Assembly: GCA_964016885.1 (NCBI GenBank) | Contig: OZ024756.1 | Span: 22,196,001 to 22,260,000 of the forward strand | Reading direction: 5' to 3' | Length of the DNA: 64,000 bases | Source of the DNA: Eledone cirrhosa | Taxonomy: Eukaryota | In this document: in pieces, positions 26,481 through 41,116 of the stretch | Layout: every line of letters begins with the position of its first letter | Numbering within the stretch: position 1 is the stretch's first letter | The notes under the pieces: model-generated | What the model saw: only the letters and a program-made list of their open reading frames with translations | Told to the model about the DNA's origin: nothing | Databases searched by the model: none | Made by a program: the position numbers and the translations under genes

Positions 26481-27354
26481 CGTGGAACTAGAGAACATGA
26501 TAATTGGATTCGTCTCCATAGAAGCTGAAGACAGACATTTTTCAAAATAGAACTTTTTCAATGATATAATTTTTCATCCGCATTTTTTTTCTTTTTCGGT
26601 TTTATCTTTTAAAAAGATATTTCGATCTTTTCATTATGTCTCCAATACAATAATAATAATCATATGACTCCAATACAATAATAATATCATATGACTTCAA
26701 TACAATAATACTATTATAGAGTTATTAACAGATAATGACAATGAAAATGGCGGACGTACAATCTTTATATCTTTTTCATTTTTTTTTTCTGTTCTGTTTT
26801 CCTTGCGCTTTCACACTGAGTGTGCATGTGCGTGAAGTTTGTGTTTGTGTTTGTGTTTGTGTTTGTGTGTGTGTGTGTGTGTTATGGAATACTGTTGGCT
26901 TCTTGCTACAATAATTTCTATACTTTTCATTTATATATATATATATATTAAAAACATCATATATATACATATATACGTACATATATTTATATATATACAT
27001 ACATTTACATATATATACATATATTTATATATATATACATACATTTACATATATATATATATATAAATACATATATTTATATATGATGTATGTATATATG
27101 TGTGTGTATATATATATATGTATATGTACATATGTATGTATATTTAATTATGTATGTATGCAAGAGTGTTCTTGTGCGTGCGTGTTTGGTGACATGTGTA
27201 ATTTAAATGAATGAATTATAAACGTTTTCATTTTAAAGCGAGCAGCATGGGAGATAGATAAACAGACAGAGTGTTAGATAGATAGACAGAGAGCCAGGCA
27301 GACAGTTAATTAGATAGATAGATAGAGGATTACATAGATAGACAGATAGATACA

Positions 27355-28820
27355 TTTCTTTATTAGCCACAAGGGCACAAAAGAAGGGGAGAAATACAAA
27401 TGGGGAGTTTAGATACAGGTTTTATGAAAATAAAACTATTAATAAAATAACAAATAACAATAGGGTTGAGGCGTTACACAGGGGTTGTACACACCCCGAA
27501 AAAATGTACAACCCTCATCTCCAGGAGCACCAAGAGTGAGTACTCCCTTCCTCTCTTCCTCTTTTTCCTCAACCTACAGGCTTATATAGAGAGAAGACCA
27601 AACTACTCGGGCCATCTTTGCCACATTCACCCACCTTTTATAACATTTTCTGGGGTACAGCACCTCTTTCTCCATCCTGATGCTTCTTCCAAAATGATAT
27701 TTGAAAATACGAATCAGTTGCTCGCCGGAGAGAAAGGTGTCTGACCTCAGCCCTTTTCACCTCGTCCACCAATTAACCTCTTTCACCATAGCTATAACAC
27801 ATAGGAAAATCGCCTCTCCCTCGTTTTTGAAGGAGGGCGGCGGTTTGATCATGACAATGGACTCGGTGGTCAACTAGATTGGTCTGACCCGCGACAATAG
27901 TCGTTCTACATAGACCCACAGGTCGGTAACGCCCGGGCAATGTACAAATGCGTGCGCGACGGTTTCCTCGTCGCGCACGCATCTCGGACAGATCCTTTTC
28001 GAAGGGTCCCTGCCCAGGCACCGTGTCTGTAGAGCTTGTCTCGAACTGGTAGAGCTCCTCGGTAGCACTGCCAGGTCAGGGACTTTTCGAAGTTGTCCAT
28101 TGGTCCCGGGCGGAAGGTCCTACCGAACAGACTGGCCAGTTCGTCTTCCTCTATGCCTAGAGTTTCTCCGTCGTCGCACTTGCTGCGGATCAACCTTCTA
28201 TAGAATGACGAAGTGGAGTCTCCACAGATCGCCGGGTCCATTTGCCAGAGGACTGTGAGCGCCTGAGCCCATTCGATGTGCCAGTCGCCCATTTTCCTCG
28301 GTCTTTGCTTGACCCAGGACTGCAGCTCGGTCAGCAAGACGTGTCGTGGGAAGGCTCGCCTCACCTACGGGGCCCACACCGGTTGTCCGGTGAGGAATAC
28401 GTGGAGGTGCCGCAGCCTGAGCGCGTGTTTGCGCATCGTCAGCCATGGCATCCCCAGCCCTCCGTTTGAAGGGTGTTGGCAGCAGATGGATCTTCTCACC
28501 AAAGGAGCCCGTTTCTTTCAAAGGAATTGGAAGAGCGCGCGCTCCATTTTGGTGAGCGTTTTGGCTGGACAAGGCACGACGGTCAAGCGGTAGTAGATGA
28601 CGGACGCTATTAAAGTGTTCGCCACCTCCACTCGACCTTTCAAGGATAGTTAGCACTCGGCCCACTTCTGGGTGAGCGCAAACACCTTGGCCGTCACCGC
28701 GTTCCAGTTCTTCTCCACCTGGAGGTCCGGACCAAACCAGACCCCGAGCAGCTTTACTGGTCCTTCGGTCTAGCGTCCGACGACGCCATCGGAAAGCATC
28801 GGTTTGCATCTCCACGTTCC
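27355..28820 (-). mobile_element. 5'-truncated Tx1/L1-clade LINE (RT C-terminus, CCHC finger, 3' UTR), pseudogenised
   Basis: Minus strand: EGPVKLLGVWFGPDLQVEKNW...LSLKGRVEVAN...SLTWQCYRGALPVRDKL...CPRCVRDEETVAHAFVHCP; (GATA)n on both flanks. Confidence 0.9.
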
Positions 28821-28935
28821 GAGATAGATAGATAGATAGATGGATGGATAGATAGATAGATAGTTGGATAGACAGTTAGATTGTCAGATAAATAGATAGA
28901 CAGTTAGATGGATAGAGAGTAACATAGAGAGATAC

Positions 28936-28990
<55 letters not shown>

Positions 28991-29402
28991 GAGAGAGAGT
29001 CAGAGAGAGAGAGAGAAGTATACTTAGATAGAACGTGGAATACGAAGAAGAACAGGGAGAGGTGGGAAAGGACTTGCAAATCAGTGAAAGAGTGCAAGAG
29101 TGCAAGAGTGAAGTTCTGTAGATTTATTAATGGTAAAGATGTCGGCGTTGAAATATAATATAATGGAAACTAAAATAGTCATATGTGTACATGAATATTA
29201 AATAACAATAATTAAAGAGTGATTGAAACATTAGCGAGAATTCCATAATGGAAAGCACGTACAATAAGAAGAAGAGCAACAACCTTTATATATGATAAAA
29301 CTGCACGTTTAACAATTAACAATGACCACAACGGTAATAAATTTATGTTTTCTTGAAAATATGTTGATCGATTAATATTCCTGTTACAAAAGCATACACA
29401 TA

Positions 29403-29465
<63 letters not shown>

Positions 29466-29505
29466 ACAGGAGGCTGGACTGGTGTAAATCCTTCAAAAGT
29501 TTATT

Positions 29506-29563
29506 ATACTATGATCATTTCAATGACCGGGTTCCGTATGAATCCGGTGATACCATCAGGTAT
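29506..29563 (-). ncRNA. Type I hammerhead ribozyme (A9->G variant)
   Basis: Minus strand: ATAC-CTGATGG-T-ATCACCGGATTC/GAACCCGGTCAT-T-GAAA-TGATCA-TA-GTAT. Confidence 0.7.
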
Positions 29564-29725
29564 TCTAAATATAACAAAGGAATATATAAAATCCATGGGT
29601 CCGAAAAACAGAGACAGAGAGGACAACTGACCAACTAGCTGCTTTCACCTCGGTCAGTCGCCCTCAAGTGATGGCAACTCGGTCTACTAACGACCATCTG
29701 ATTATATATATATATATATATATAG

Positions 29726-29796
<71 letters not shown>

Positions 29797-30061
29797 CACC
29801 TAAATGCATAAATATATATATAAACACCTAAATGCATATATATATATAATATATTATATATGTGTGTGTGTATATACATATATATATATTCATACATATA
29901 TGTACATATATATTTATAAACATATATACACACACATGTATACACACACACTCATATGCGTATATATAGATATACACTAAGTACAAATTTGGTATATAAA
30001 TATCCAAGGGTAAGATCACTCAGTCTATATAACGGGTTAAGTTAAATATATATATATATAT

Positions 30062-30973
30062 AAAATTTCAGGTTATCAATAATGTAGTGATAATATATCG
30101 TTACGTTAGAGATGATCAGCGTACGTGTAGGTTTGCTCAACGAGTATAAATTATATTCCGGAGAAAATGTAGAAAAGATGAATATAAAATGAAAGTGCTT
30201 TTTTTAAAAAGGAATTTATTAGGTATTGACATATGTTTCTGTAACAGACGGAATACCTATGTATCGCTGCATGCGTAATCATATAATGTTAGCACGTATT
30301 CGATAGCAAATGTATAATCAGTTGTCACTTCTTCAGAGATTTTGGATAAATTGGATAAAATCAGAAAAATTGAAGTATTTATATTAGTAATAGAGGAAGA
30401 AGAGAGGGGATAGTATATGACAGATGGTAATTCAATTTACTGCTAAACAAGTATATAAAGGGTTTCTAATGAGAATACCATGAGTAAATGGTTTATTTTA
30501 TCTACATAAGAATTTTTGGGAGTGCCAATTTTAATCTATACTTGACCAATTGGACAGTGGACAGGGCTGGTCATTTGGTGTAGTAGTATTAATTATAAAG
30601 TGTCAATTGGGGAAGGGGGAGATTTCGATTGCTACTGAATAACATCAATGCTAGTAGCCAGCTGGTATATGCATTAGGGAATTGAATTGAGAAGTCAGAA
30701 ATCTCATTTTATCTATAGCAGTTTATATTAAATGGTAAATAATAGAAGAGTTGATAGAATTAAGACTAATAGAGAATGTTAATATCTATTTTGACAATCA
30801 AACGGAGATAGAGACAGGCGTTCAATCCTGGTAGTATTTATAATATGAAAATGTAGATTTTAAGCGATGGTTACAGTATAACGATCGCTCTATTCTGTTA
30901 TTTAATAAAATGTTTTTGGATTTCATAATACAAAATAATTCCATATTACATAATTTACAAAATTCCTGTCCGT

Positions 30974-30976
<3 letters not shown>
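30062..30976 (-). mobile_element. 5'-truncated Penelope-like element: ORF C-terminus, 3' UTR and HHR, between (TA)n tracts
   Basis: 30974-30822 reads NGQEFCKLCNMELFCIMKSKNILLNNRIERSLYCNHRLKSTFSYYKYYQD*, matching the CxLCxxE..I...LLNxRxE...CxH motif at the end of PLE GIY-YIG ORFs; HHR downstream at 30228-30336. Confidence 0.8.
30228..30336 (-). ncRNA. HHR with a very long stem II; stem I decayed
   Basis: CTGAAGA-A-GTGACA...TGTTAC-A-GAAA-CATATG-TC. Confidence 0.65.
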
Positions 30977-31010
<34 letters not shown>

Positions 31011-32373
31011 TGTATGTGTGTGTGTGTGTGTATGGGCTCTGATTTCTGATCTAGTGATCTAAATAATCTAACTTCACAGTGAGGTGAACGAACTCAATGT
31101 TTTTAAAAAATTATTTATATATGTTGATTTCTTCGTTCTCTCACAATTTACAGATGATGTTTCTTAAAAGTAATTTTCACCAACCATCGTCTGAAAAGTT
31201 TTAACGCAACCTCACATTGCTGAGACATTGCTGAGCTACCTACGTCCATATTACCATACTTTCGGGCTAAACGAAGTCCGGAGCTTATCTCTGACTCATA
31301 CGCCTCTAGCGACTGAGAATATAAGATTTGGCCCTGAACAGCTGCCGCTGATACTTAATTTTAGATGAGTGAACTGGAGCAACGTAAAATGAAGTATTTT
31401 GCTCAAAGATATATAAACCTCACCCGGTCTGAGAATCAAGCCTCTGACCTTATGGTCACTAATTCAATACCCTAACATCTAGACTATAGTTTACTGTGAA
31501 ATCAAGTTTGAAAATTCAAGGATGTGCCGTTTATTTTATATAATTAGAATGCCTTCTCGAATAGTAGACACATGTCCCCCTCATGAACGCTACAAATATG
31601 AAGGATATATTCGACGTTGTACTTTTAGATGTCATATTAAATACTAAATGCTCCCATTTCGCACATCTTTAGTCAGTGTTTTTCTGTACGAAGATCTTCT
31701 GCCGAGTTACAGCATAAGAATTACAGCGGAAAACAGCATTAACAACAGAAAAGAACAGAACGTCATCAACAACAGTAACTGTAACACTGATATGAGGATT
31801 TCAAATTTAGACACGAAGCCAGCAATATGAGTAGAGGGTAAAAGTTGATTAAATTTACCAACTAGTTGAGTGGAACATTATTTTAAAATCACTGGAAGAA
31901 TGAAAGATAAAGTTGAGTTTAATAGGATTTGGACAAAGAACTGTTACGAAAGACTGTAATGTAGTTTTTCGGTCCAACGCTCTAACAAAGCATCCGTAAA
32001 AATGGAGTTGAAATGAAGAGATTCACACACGTCTGTTTTACACTGCGTTCCATTCTCGCGTCAATAAAAAAGAAACACGTGATGTAACAGAAGTTATGGA
32101 AGCGTGAATGTCAACGCAACAATAGACAACACTGATTGGCGGTGATCGTAATTACTGAACTCCAAGGCCTCCCTAAAGAAACTTGTTTTCGTCGATTGTC
32201 CAGTCAATTGTTTGGACAGAGAAGGAAAGGTCAAGTTGTTTGTTATTCGCTTAGTTTAGAAACGATATATCACACTTGGCCATCTATGTACAGGCACACA
32301 CAAACAAACACACATACGCGCACACTCACACCGACACACAAACACACACGCGCATATATAAAATATCTATCTA

Positions 32374-32405
<32 letters not shown>

Positions 32406-32413
32406 ATATATAA

Positions 32414-32453
<40 letters not shown>

Positions 32454-32569
32454 GTATGTGTGTGTATGAATATATATATATGATATACATATATACATAC
32501 ATTCATACACACATGTTCATATGTATATATATATATATATCTATATATATATATCTATATATATATATA

Positions 32570-32686
32570 TAGGAAAAGAGTCAGGACCCCGACGGCTGAG
32601 CTCCGGCGGTTTCGACAGCTAGAATCGAACGAGTACTCTGGTGCGTTATGGTCCACCTGGTATCTTACCACATCCTCTTTGTTATA
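32570..32686. mobile_element. Family A element, rearranged (inverted part plus 3' tail)
   Basis: aggaaaagagtcaggaccccgacggctgagctc...ctggtgcgttatggtccacctgg, between (TA)n tracts. Confidence 0.7.
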
Positions 32687-32709
32687 TATATATATATATA
32701 TATATATAT

Positions 32710-33243
32710 GAAGTAATTCCGTCGGAAAAGTCCAGGAAAAAAGAGTGCTCTATGTAAGCAACAGAGCTTAATTATTATTATGTAATAAACAACATAAGGC
32801 AATTATTCCATTTACCAGTGGTTTCTTAAAAGCAAAAGGTTTTGCTTTCAATCCTCAGAATGAAAAAATCCTGGTTTGTTTATTGAATTTGGATCTTAAA
32901 AACAAAAAAGCAAGCTATATGAAAGTGAGGCTGGAGAAGGAAGAAGGAAAGGAAAAATAAAAAAATAAAAAAATAAAAAAATAAAAAAATAAAAAAATAA
33001 AAAAATAAAAAAATAAAAAAATAAAAAAATAAAAAACATTTTTTTAAATTTTTTTTATTTTTCCTTCTTCCTTCTTCCTTCTCCAGCCTCACTTTCATAT
33101 AGCTTGCTTTTTTGTTTTTAAGATCCAAATTCAATAAACAAACAAGGATCTTTTCATTCTGAGGATTGAAAGCAAAACCTTTTGCTTTTAAGAAACCACT
33201 GGTAAATGGAACGATTGCCTTATGTTGTTTATTACATAATAAT
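32710..33243. mobile_element. Fold-back family D element (arms ~32771-33243) with HHR core at 33159-33187
   Basis: CTGAGGA-TT-GAAA-GCAAAA/TTTTGC-TT; sister element at 59186-59469. Confidence 0.7.
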
Positions 33244-33261
33244 ATATATATATATATATAT

Positions 33262-33472
33262 TTCGTTTCTGAATTTGTTTAGCAAGATTCTTTATCTGAA
33301 AACGTGTGTTGAAACCGATATTTTTATGCTTTGGGAGGGTCATGTTGCCAATAAGAAACACACGCACCAGTTACTTTCACTCCAATTTATTATATATTAA
33401 ATTTATAATAAATTGGAGTGAAAGCAACTGGTGGGTGTGTTTCTTATTGGCAACATGGCCCTCCCAAAGCAT

Positions 33473-33478
<6 letters not shown>
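33262..33478. mobile_element. Fold-back family E element (arms 33324-33474); sister at ~59548-59930
   Basis: tgctttgggagggtcatgttgccaataagaaacac / gtgtttcttattggcaacatggccctcccaaagca; flanked by (TA)n. Confidence 0.7.
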
Positions 33479-33509
<31 letters not shown>

Positions 33510-33887
33510 GACTTCTACAGTATTAGAACTGTTTCATGTGTAAGAAATCATGAAGAAAGTACTTCTTGATGTTTTCTTACAAATGAAAAGATTTGTCTTG
33601 TAGAAGTCATTTCTATAATAAAATGAACGTGCCTATACTCTACTGACATATTGAGTACCTTTTTGGACTGGTCGTCTCCCGATTTACATCGGGATCCAAC
33701 TCTTTCTACTTTATATATATATATAGATATGTGTGTGTGTGTGTTTGTGTCTGTCTGTATTTGTGTGGTAGGTCTTTTTGTGTCTGTGTCTCTGCCTGTC
33801 TGTTTGTTGTTTGTTTTTGTGTGTGTGTATGTATGAGCGTGTGTGTGTGTCTGTGTCAGTGTGTGCATACATTATTGTAATGTAAGG

Positions 33888-34300
33888 GAGGTGGATTGGC
33901 AGTATCGGTAGAGTGTCGGTCACCATGATTTGAAGCATATTGGTACGGTCCTTTACATTCTGAGTTCAAATCCCACTGGGGATAGCTTTGCCTTTCATCC
34001 CTACATGCTCGAATAATAAAGTACCAGTAACGTACTGGTTCGATTTAATCGACTTTTCCCCTTCCGTTCAAATTACTGTCTTTGTGCCAAATGTCGAAAC
34101 TATTATTATAATTGTTTCTACGTTTAGCACAAGGACAGCAATTATCCCAATGTATTACTGGTACGTTTTTTTATCGACAGCATAAGGATGAAAGGCAAAG
34201 TTAACCTCGGTGGGATTTGAACTCAGAATGGCAAGGGCCGTAACTCCATCTGTCAAAGCATGGTGTCCCACCCTCTACCGATACTGCCAATCCACTGCCA
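33888..34300. mobile_element. Two major-SINE copies, tail to tail
   Basis: Diagnostic SINE motifs. Confidence 0.85.
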
Positions 34301-34820
34301 TAAGTATTATTATAACTATTATTATAATGCTGTATTTTCATTAGGCTACTACTCATAGATTTACGATTAGCATTGTGTCCTTAAATTACTTAAGATAGAC
34401 AAACATTTATATATATATATATTTATATCCCAAACATTGTATTGTGTATTATAAATTAGTTATGGTAACAACGGACAATAGAGATGTCCCCAGCATCTCA
34501 TGAAATATTTACATTCTAACTAATCATTATATTAAGTGGAGTTTTCCTTCCGTTTATATATTCCAAATGATTTATGTATACGTATATACACACATACATA
34601 CGTAGATACATACAGACGCATACATACGTATGCATACATACATACATAGATACATACAGACGTATACATACGTATGCATACATACATACATACGTATACA
34701 TACATACATACATACATACATACGTATACATACACACATACATAAGTATACACACACACACATACACACATACACACATACGTAGTTACATACATATGCA
34801 TGCTTACATACGCATACATA

Positions 34821-35178
34821 CGAGGGTAATCCCAAAAGTAAGGTCTCCAAAGTGATGGGGAGGCAGAGAAACTGTTCGTACGGCTGTTGGCAACACTGTT
34901 GGGATTGGTGTTTCCATCACTCCCAAACAAGCACTCGCGCGCTTCGCTGGGATGCTCAATCTTGGCTTGGCAGTCATGGAAACGGGAGCTCCCGTTGAAC
35001 GCTACCGCCAAGTTCGAAGTTCGCGCAGTTATTCGGGTTTTGAACGCAAAAGGCGTTGAACCGATTGAAATTCATCGCCAATTGATGGAAGTGTATGGAC
35101 AGTCGTGCATGGTGTAGAGAGTTTACAGCCGGTCATACTGAAATTCACGACGAACAAAGGAGCGGGAGACCGTCAATT
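34821..35178 (+). mobile_element. mariner transposon 5' fragment (left TIR and HTH region of the transposase)
   Basis: TA|CGAGGG terminus; EVRAVIRVLNAKGVEPIEIHRQLMEVYG...EIHDEQRSGRP. Confidence 0.85.
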
Positions 35179-35376
35179 TATATGTATATAACGTGTGTGT
35201 ATTAGGCGTATGTGTGTGTTTATATGGGCATATGTTTGTTCGTCCTTTAAGATGTGTGTCTGTGTAGTTCAGTCTATGTCTATATGTATTCTCAGTGTGG
35301 CTGAGTGTGTGAGTATGTATTGACGTGTATAGTTGTGTGTATCCAAGACTGTGAATGTTTGTTTATGTATAAGGAT

Positions 35377-35457
<81 letters not shown>

Positions 35458-36279
35458 CGAGTGTGCGCGTGGATGTGTAGATGTGAGTGAGTGTGTGTGT
35501 GTATCCAAGACTGTGAATGTCTGTTTATGTTTTGCTGTGTATGTATAGGAGTGTGTGCGTGGCTCTATAGATGTGTGTATGTGTGTGTGTAGATGTGTGT
35601 GTGTAGGTGTGTATGCGTGTAGGTGTGTGTGTGTGTGTGCGCGTGCGTGTGTGTGTGTGTTTGTATGTCTAAAAGTAATCAGTGTTGATTAATCTGGGAT
35701 CAGTACTAAGCTATCTTATAAGAGCGACTCTAGCAACCCTGAAGGACAACAACAAGAACTGTCACATAGGGCGGATACATCAATCTTGGGGGTGATCGAT
35801 AATTAGTAATAATGCGTAGTTAGAGAGATATACACTAGAGGGTGTGTGGGTTGTAATACGGAGAATATTTTGTATTCTGAAATCGTTGAAGTCCACTAGA
35901 GGTAATTAAGCTTTGTAGAGTGAACGAGATAGATGTGATGGATGTTCTTGGAACGTGGTAAAGTGACAACGTGAGTGCTAAGTTAAATAATAATCTGCTT
36001 TGCTAAACATATCATAGAACGTATCGGATAAGTTAAATAACAATCCACTTACGCTAAACATAGTCGTCAACAGGTATTTTTGATGCTGGATAGCCAAAAG
36101 GAACAATAATACAAGACATGCAAATAAAAACAAACCGTCACCATTACTATCAAGATGGTATATGTCTAGGAAATATGAGAGAACCATCTCCAACCTGCAA
36201 AACCCAAGCACGTAAATATTTATGGCCCTAAGGAACAGAAGAAAGCGTGTACTTCTGGGCTATTTGTTTCAATGAGTCG

Positions 36280-36535
36280 TGATTCGTGGCCGAGTGGTAA
36301 GGATATTGTACTCCCGATCATAATGTCGTGCGTTCGATTCCGCGACTGGGATGTCTGTTGAGTTCTTTAGTAAAACATTTCATTTCACGTTGTTCCTGTA
36401 TACTCAGCTGAAAATGAGTACTAGCAGTAACCTTGCGATGGACTGGCATCTTATCCAAGAGGGGATTCTTGTGCTCGCAATCGCTTAACCTCACAGAACG
36501 TAGCATAAGCACCGTCCTAATGAGTCTTCGAATTC
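36280..36535 (+). mobile_element. tRNA-derived SINE with CORE-like and V-like blocks
   Basis: gtggccgagtggtaagg (A box), gttcgattcc (B box), catttcacgttg...ctcagctg, ccttgcgatggactggcatc. Confidence 0.7.
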
Positions 36536-38164
36536 GAAACAGACTTTAGATTTTTAGACGTTTATGTCAGAACATGTCTACCATAAATATAATCTCATGT
36601 AACATGCTTCAGTTTGTGGTAATGATAATGTTGTAACACTGAGAGTAAGGCAATACTTTCTGATATTTGCATAAAGTTTTATGTAATCGTCCTTTATTAT
36701 AAGCAATGTCACACACGAAATGCTTTTTGTTAACAGACAAAGGACGATTGGATTGCTGTGTTTCGTGTGATTATCCGTGTATCAGAGCGCATCTTCCATT
36801 ATGTCATATGGCTAGATACATAGTTTATTATAACAAACAGAAAGCGAAGTATAAGAGTGGAGATCTTAATTCTACGGTCGACACATGTGAATTCTAGTGC
36901 AGCTGCTCATTCAGAAGAACTGTCTGCGTTCAAAAGATCTGATTGTACTCGGACACGAACTGACTTTCACTATAGGCACACAAACTCACTCACTCATGTG
37001 CGTGCGTGCGCGTAGTTGGTAATTGTTAGGGTCCTTATCTGTGAAAGGTAATCGCCAGGAAGGTAATATGGTTCAAGCAGGTAAAAGTACTCCGCGTCAG
37101 TCCCATATAGCAAGCATTGTGATGGCGATTAAACCCGACCGAGTTTCTATTACGAAATAACGTTAAGAGACATGCTGTGGTTACATGATTGTATTTATTT
37201 CATATATATGAGTATAACCGAAGTTGCAACTGCACTATAGCCGATGAACAATCGAATTGTAAGAGGCAGGTACGAAACACTTGAGTGAGCAATTGATATA
37301 TTTCTACTCAGAGTGAAGACAAAAAGTTAAGGAATTGTGACACCAAGAATAAAGCGACCAGAAGCATGTTGCCACAGTAATACAACATCGATATATAGAA
37401 ACAGATCGTAAAACTCTATATAAGTATATACATGTGTGTCTGTATACGTATATTCGTTTGTATGCGTGCAACTCTGCATTTATCTGAATGTGTACATAGG
37501 CATTGAATGTATTAATACACACAACGGTATGTATTAACTACTGGTTCCATTGTGTGTAAAATCTGACATACATATATACAGCACTACAAAAGGTGAGAAG
37601 ATTGCATTAGAAAGATAGAAGGAAAGACGAATGAACGAAGGATAAACATAAGAACACACGCAGAAAAACGAGAAGCGCGAGCGAGAAATCGGGAATAAAT
37701 GTTAAATATAATAGACAGAGAGGAAATTCGTTTGGCAGCCATGTTTTGTATTGAAAACCACCATTTGTAAATAACACTTGCAGCAATGCATCGCTCCTTA
37801 AACAAGAATATTAGAAGTGATATTTTATTGGTGTTTTTAATATTGAGAATGACACATATATATCAAGTTGAACTTACATGTGTACTTTACTCGGTAATAA
37901 AATACACAATGGAATGAAAAGGGATTTATTATGAATTTTAATTTCAATAACATTTATAAATGCTACATATAATATTAATAATGACAACAAAAACAATAAC
38001 AAAAACAGTAATAACAACAACATTAATAATAATCAAATACACATTTTGAATGATATGTAAAGTTGATTAAATCGATGTAATTATCTGATTGCTACTGATT
38101 CTGACATCTGTCACAACAACATCAATAATTATTATAACAACAAGAAATAATAGTAGTTTTAATA

Positions 38165-38592
38165 ATTGTTTCTACTTTAGACACAAGGTCCGCAATTTTA
38201 GAGGAAGATAAAGTCGATTAAATCGACCCCAGTGCATTACTGGTGCTTTATCTATCGTCCCCGTAATGATGAAAGCAAAAACTAACCTTGGAGGGATTTG
38301 AACTCAGAACATAAAGGGCAGTAACTCTATGTTGTGAAGCATGACGTCAGACGCTTTACCGATACTACCAATCCATAATGATATTGATAATGATGATGGT
38401 GATAATAATTGTTTCTACTTTAGGCACAAGGCCAGCAATTACCCAGTGCATTACTGGTACTTTATTTCATCGACCCCGTAAGGATGAAAGGCAAAGTCAA
38501 CCTCAGCGGGATTTGAACTCAGATCGTAAAGGGACGTAACTATGCTAGAAAGCATGGCGTCCGACCCTCTACCGATACTGCCACTCCACCAT
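38165..38592 (-). mobile_element. Two major-SINE copies
   Basis: Diagnostic SINE motifs. Confidence 0.85.
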
Positions 38593-39894
38593 AATATTAT
38601 TAAATTCTATATTAGCCACGGGTTTTTTTTTTTTTACATAAAATACAGTGAACATAGTAAACATAGTAAACATAGGGGTCACAATACATGGGCTGGACAG
38701 AACATGTTATATGATAAAGAGCGTTTATGCAAGGATAAGTAAATCATTATTATAGCCATAAGGTTATTACAACAGACAAAATAATTAACAGGATATATAA
38801 AAGTTGAAACACTAACATATTTAGGTAAATCTAACCAAACACATTTAGAGCCCTTAGTTAACTTAACCAATTGGCAGAGTGTTAGAACGTCGGTTACAAT
38901 GCTTTATGATATTCGTTCTGGCACTCAACCACGCCTTTCATCCTTTCGAGGTCGATAAAAATAAGTGACAGTCAAGTACTAGCGGGTCGATTCATCCTGT
39001 ATATCTCTTTCTCATTTCCTCTCTCTCACTTTCTATCTTCCTCTGGAAGAAATCTGCTGTACTCAGACCTGGAGAGGAATGGGCTCCGCCAGGCTTAACA
39101 TGCCCCAGAAACGCCGTATATCAAAGCAGTGCCCCTATGATTCGACCAGGAATTACGGGACCATACGTACATTGCTGTCATCATCGATACTCAGCTTAAC
39201 ATTTATTTATTTATGTATTTATTTATTTTATTTATTTATTTATTTATTTAGGAAGTGTAGGAGGTTTAATGATCGTAGCTTTTGTAGCTTCGACATAGTA
39301 CACTTTAGGAATCAGTATGAGCAGTGTCCACGAACTTTACAACAGAATCTCCAAAACTGGTGTGGTTTATTGGGTCACTACTAAGCACGAACAGGCGCCA
39401 CTACGTCTCTATCGGGATTTACGCGACCATACAATGCATACATACATAGTTATCTTTAGTCAGAACACCCTACATTTTTGTTTGCCCACCATACATTACA
39501 TACTTCTCGGGGTCATCGAACCCCCGCAAACATTTCTTGGGTGGTCTGGTCTCTTAATAGAGAGTCTCCAAATCTCCTGGAGTTGGGGAACTTCAACTCG
39601 TTTGGTATTAGAAGTACGAGTTTATCACCGTGGAAGAGTCGGTAGCAATCGATATATTGTGGGTTTTGTCACTCCTATTTATACATTTTGGCAGGCTCTC
39701 ATGCAGTTGTATCTAAAGGGTGTGAGATATGTACGTTTGTCTGTAAAATGTTCAGGCAATTTAATTAGTGGAGAAAGCCGTTCTGCTGATTGTTCAACTA
39801 GAACATTCGTCGACTAAAGCATTTCACTTGACCAAATTAAATTATTCTCAATCAGGTCCCAGCTAATTTACTACCGAATGTAGGATTTCCATAT

Positions 39895-39944
39895 ATACTA
39901 GTATACATATATAAATATATATATATATATATATACTCGTATGT

Positions 39945-39977
<33 letters not shown>

Positions 39978-39991
39978 CTCGTATGCGTATG

Positions 39992-40023
<32 letters not shown>

Positions 40024-40303
40024 CATATATATACTCGTGTATATATATATATATATATACATATATACTCGTATATATACATATATATATATATACTTGT
40101 ATATATACATACATATATATACTCGTATATATATATATATACATGTATACATACATATATATATACTCGTATATATATAAATATATATATATATATACAT
40201 ATATACATACATATATATACTCGTATATATATATATACATATATACATACATATATATACTCGTATATATATATATACATATATACATACATATATATAC
40301 TCG

Positions 40304-40335
<32 letters not shown>

Positions 40336-40769
40336 TACATACATATATATACTCGTATATATATATATATATACATATATACATACATATATATACTCGT
40401 ATATATATACATGCATATATACATACATATATATACTCGTATATATATATATATATACATATATACATACATATATATACTCGTATATATATACATGCAT
40501 ATATACATACATATATATACTCGTATATATATATATATATATATACATACATATATATACTCGTTTATATATATATATACATGCATATATACATACATAT
40601 ATACATACATATATATATACTCGTATATATATATACATACATTATATATATATATATATATACATACATACATCTATATATACATACATACACATATATA
40701 CATATACATATATATACATACATACATATACATACATATACTCGTATATATATATATATATATATACTC

Positions 40770-40822
<53 letters not shown>
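39895..40822. repeat. TA-derived minisatellite with a recurrent TACTCG interruption
   Basis: Direct reading. Confidence 0.9.
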
Positions 40823-40825
<3 letters not shown>

Positions 40826-41085
40826 TCCTTGATAGGGTTAATGAAGGCTTGGTTGGGGGTGGGAACATTTTTCTGACTAGAACCTATTGAAACACGTCCT
40901 TTACAGTATATAGTACTTCTAACACAACCACCACCATCAATACCATTAACACACTCAAAACCGCAACAACAGTAACAACAGTAACAACAACGACAGCAAT
41001 ACGAAAAAGAAAAAGAAAAAACAAGGCAAAGAAGAAGGCAAAGAAGAAAAAGAAAAAGAAAAAGAAAAAGAAAAAGAAAAAGAAA

Positions 41086-41116
<31 letters not shown>

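Noticed and set aside
36280-36352. tRNA gene
   Set aside because: A and B boxes continue into a SINE body; no intact cloverleaf or terminator seen
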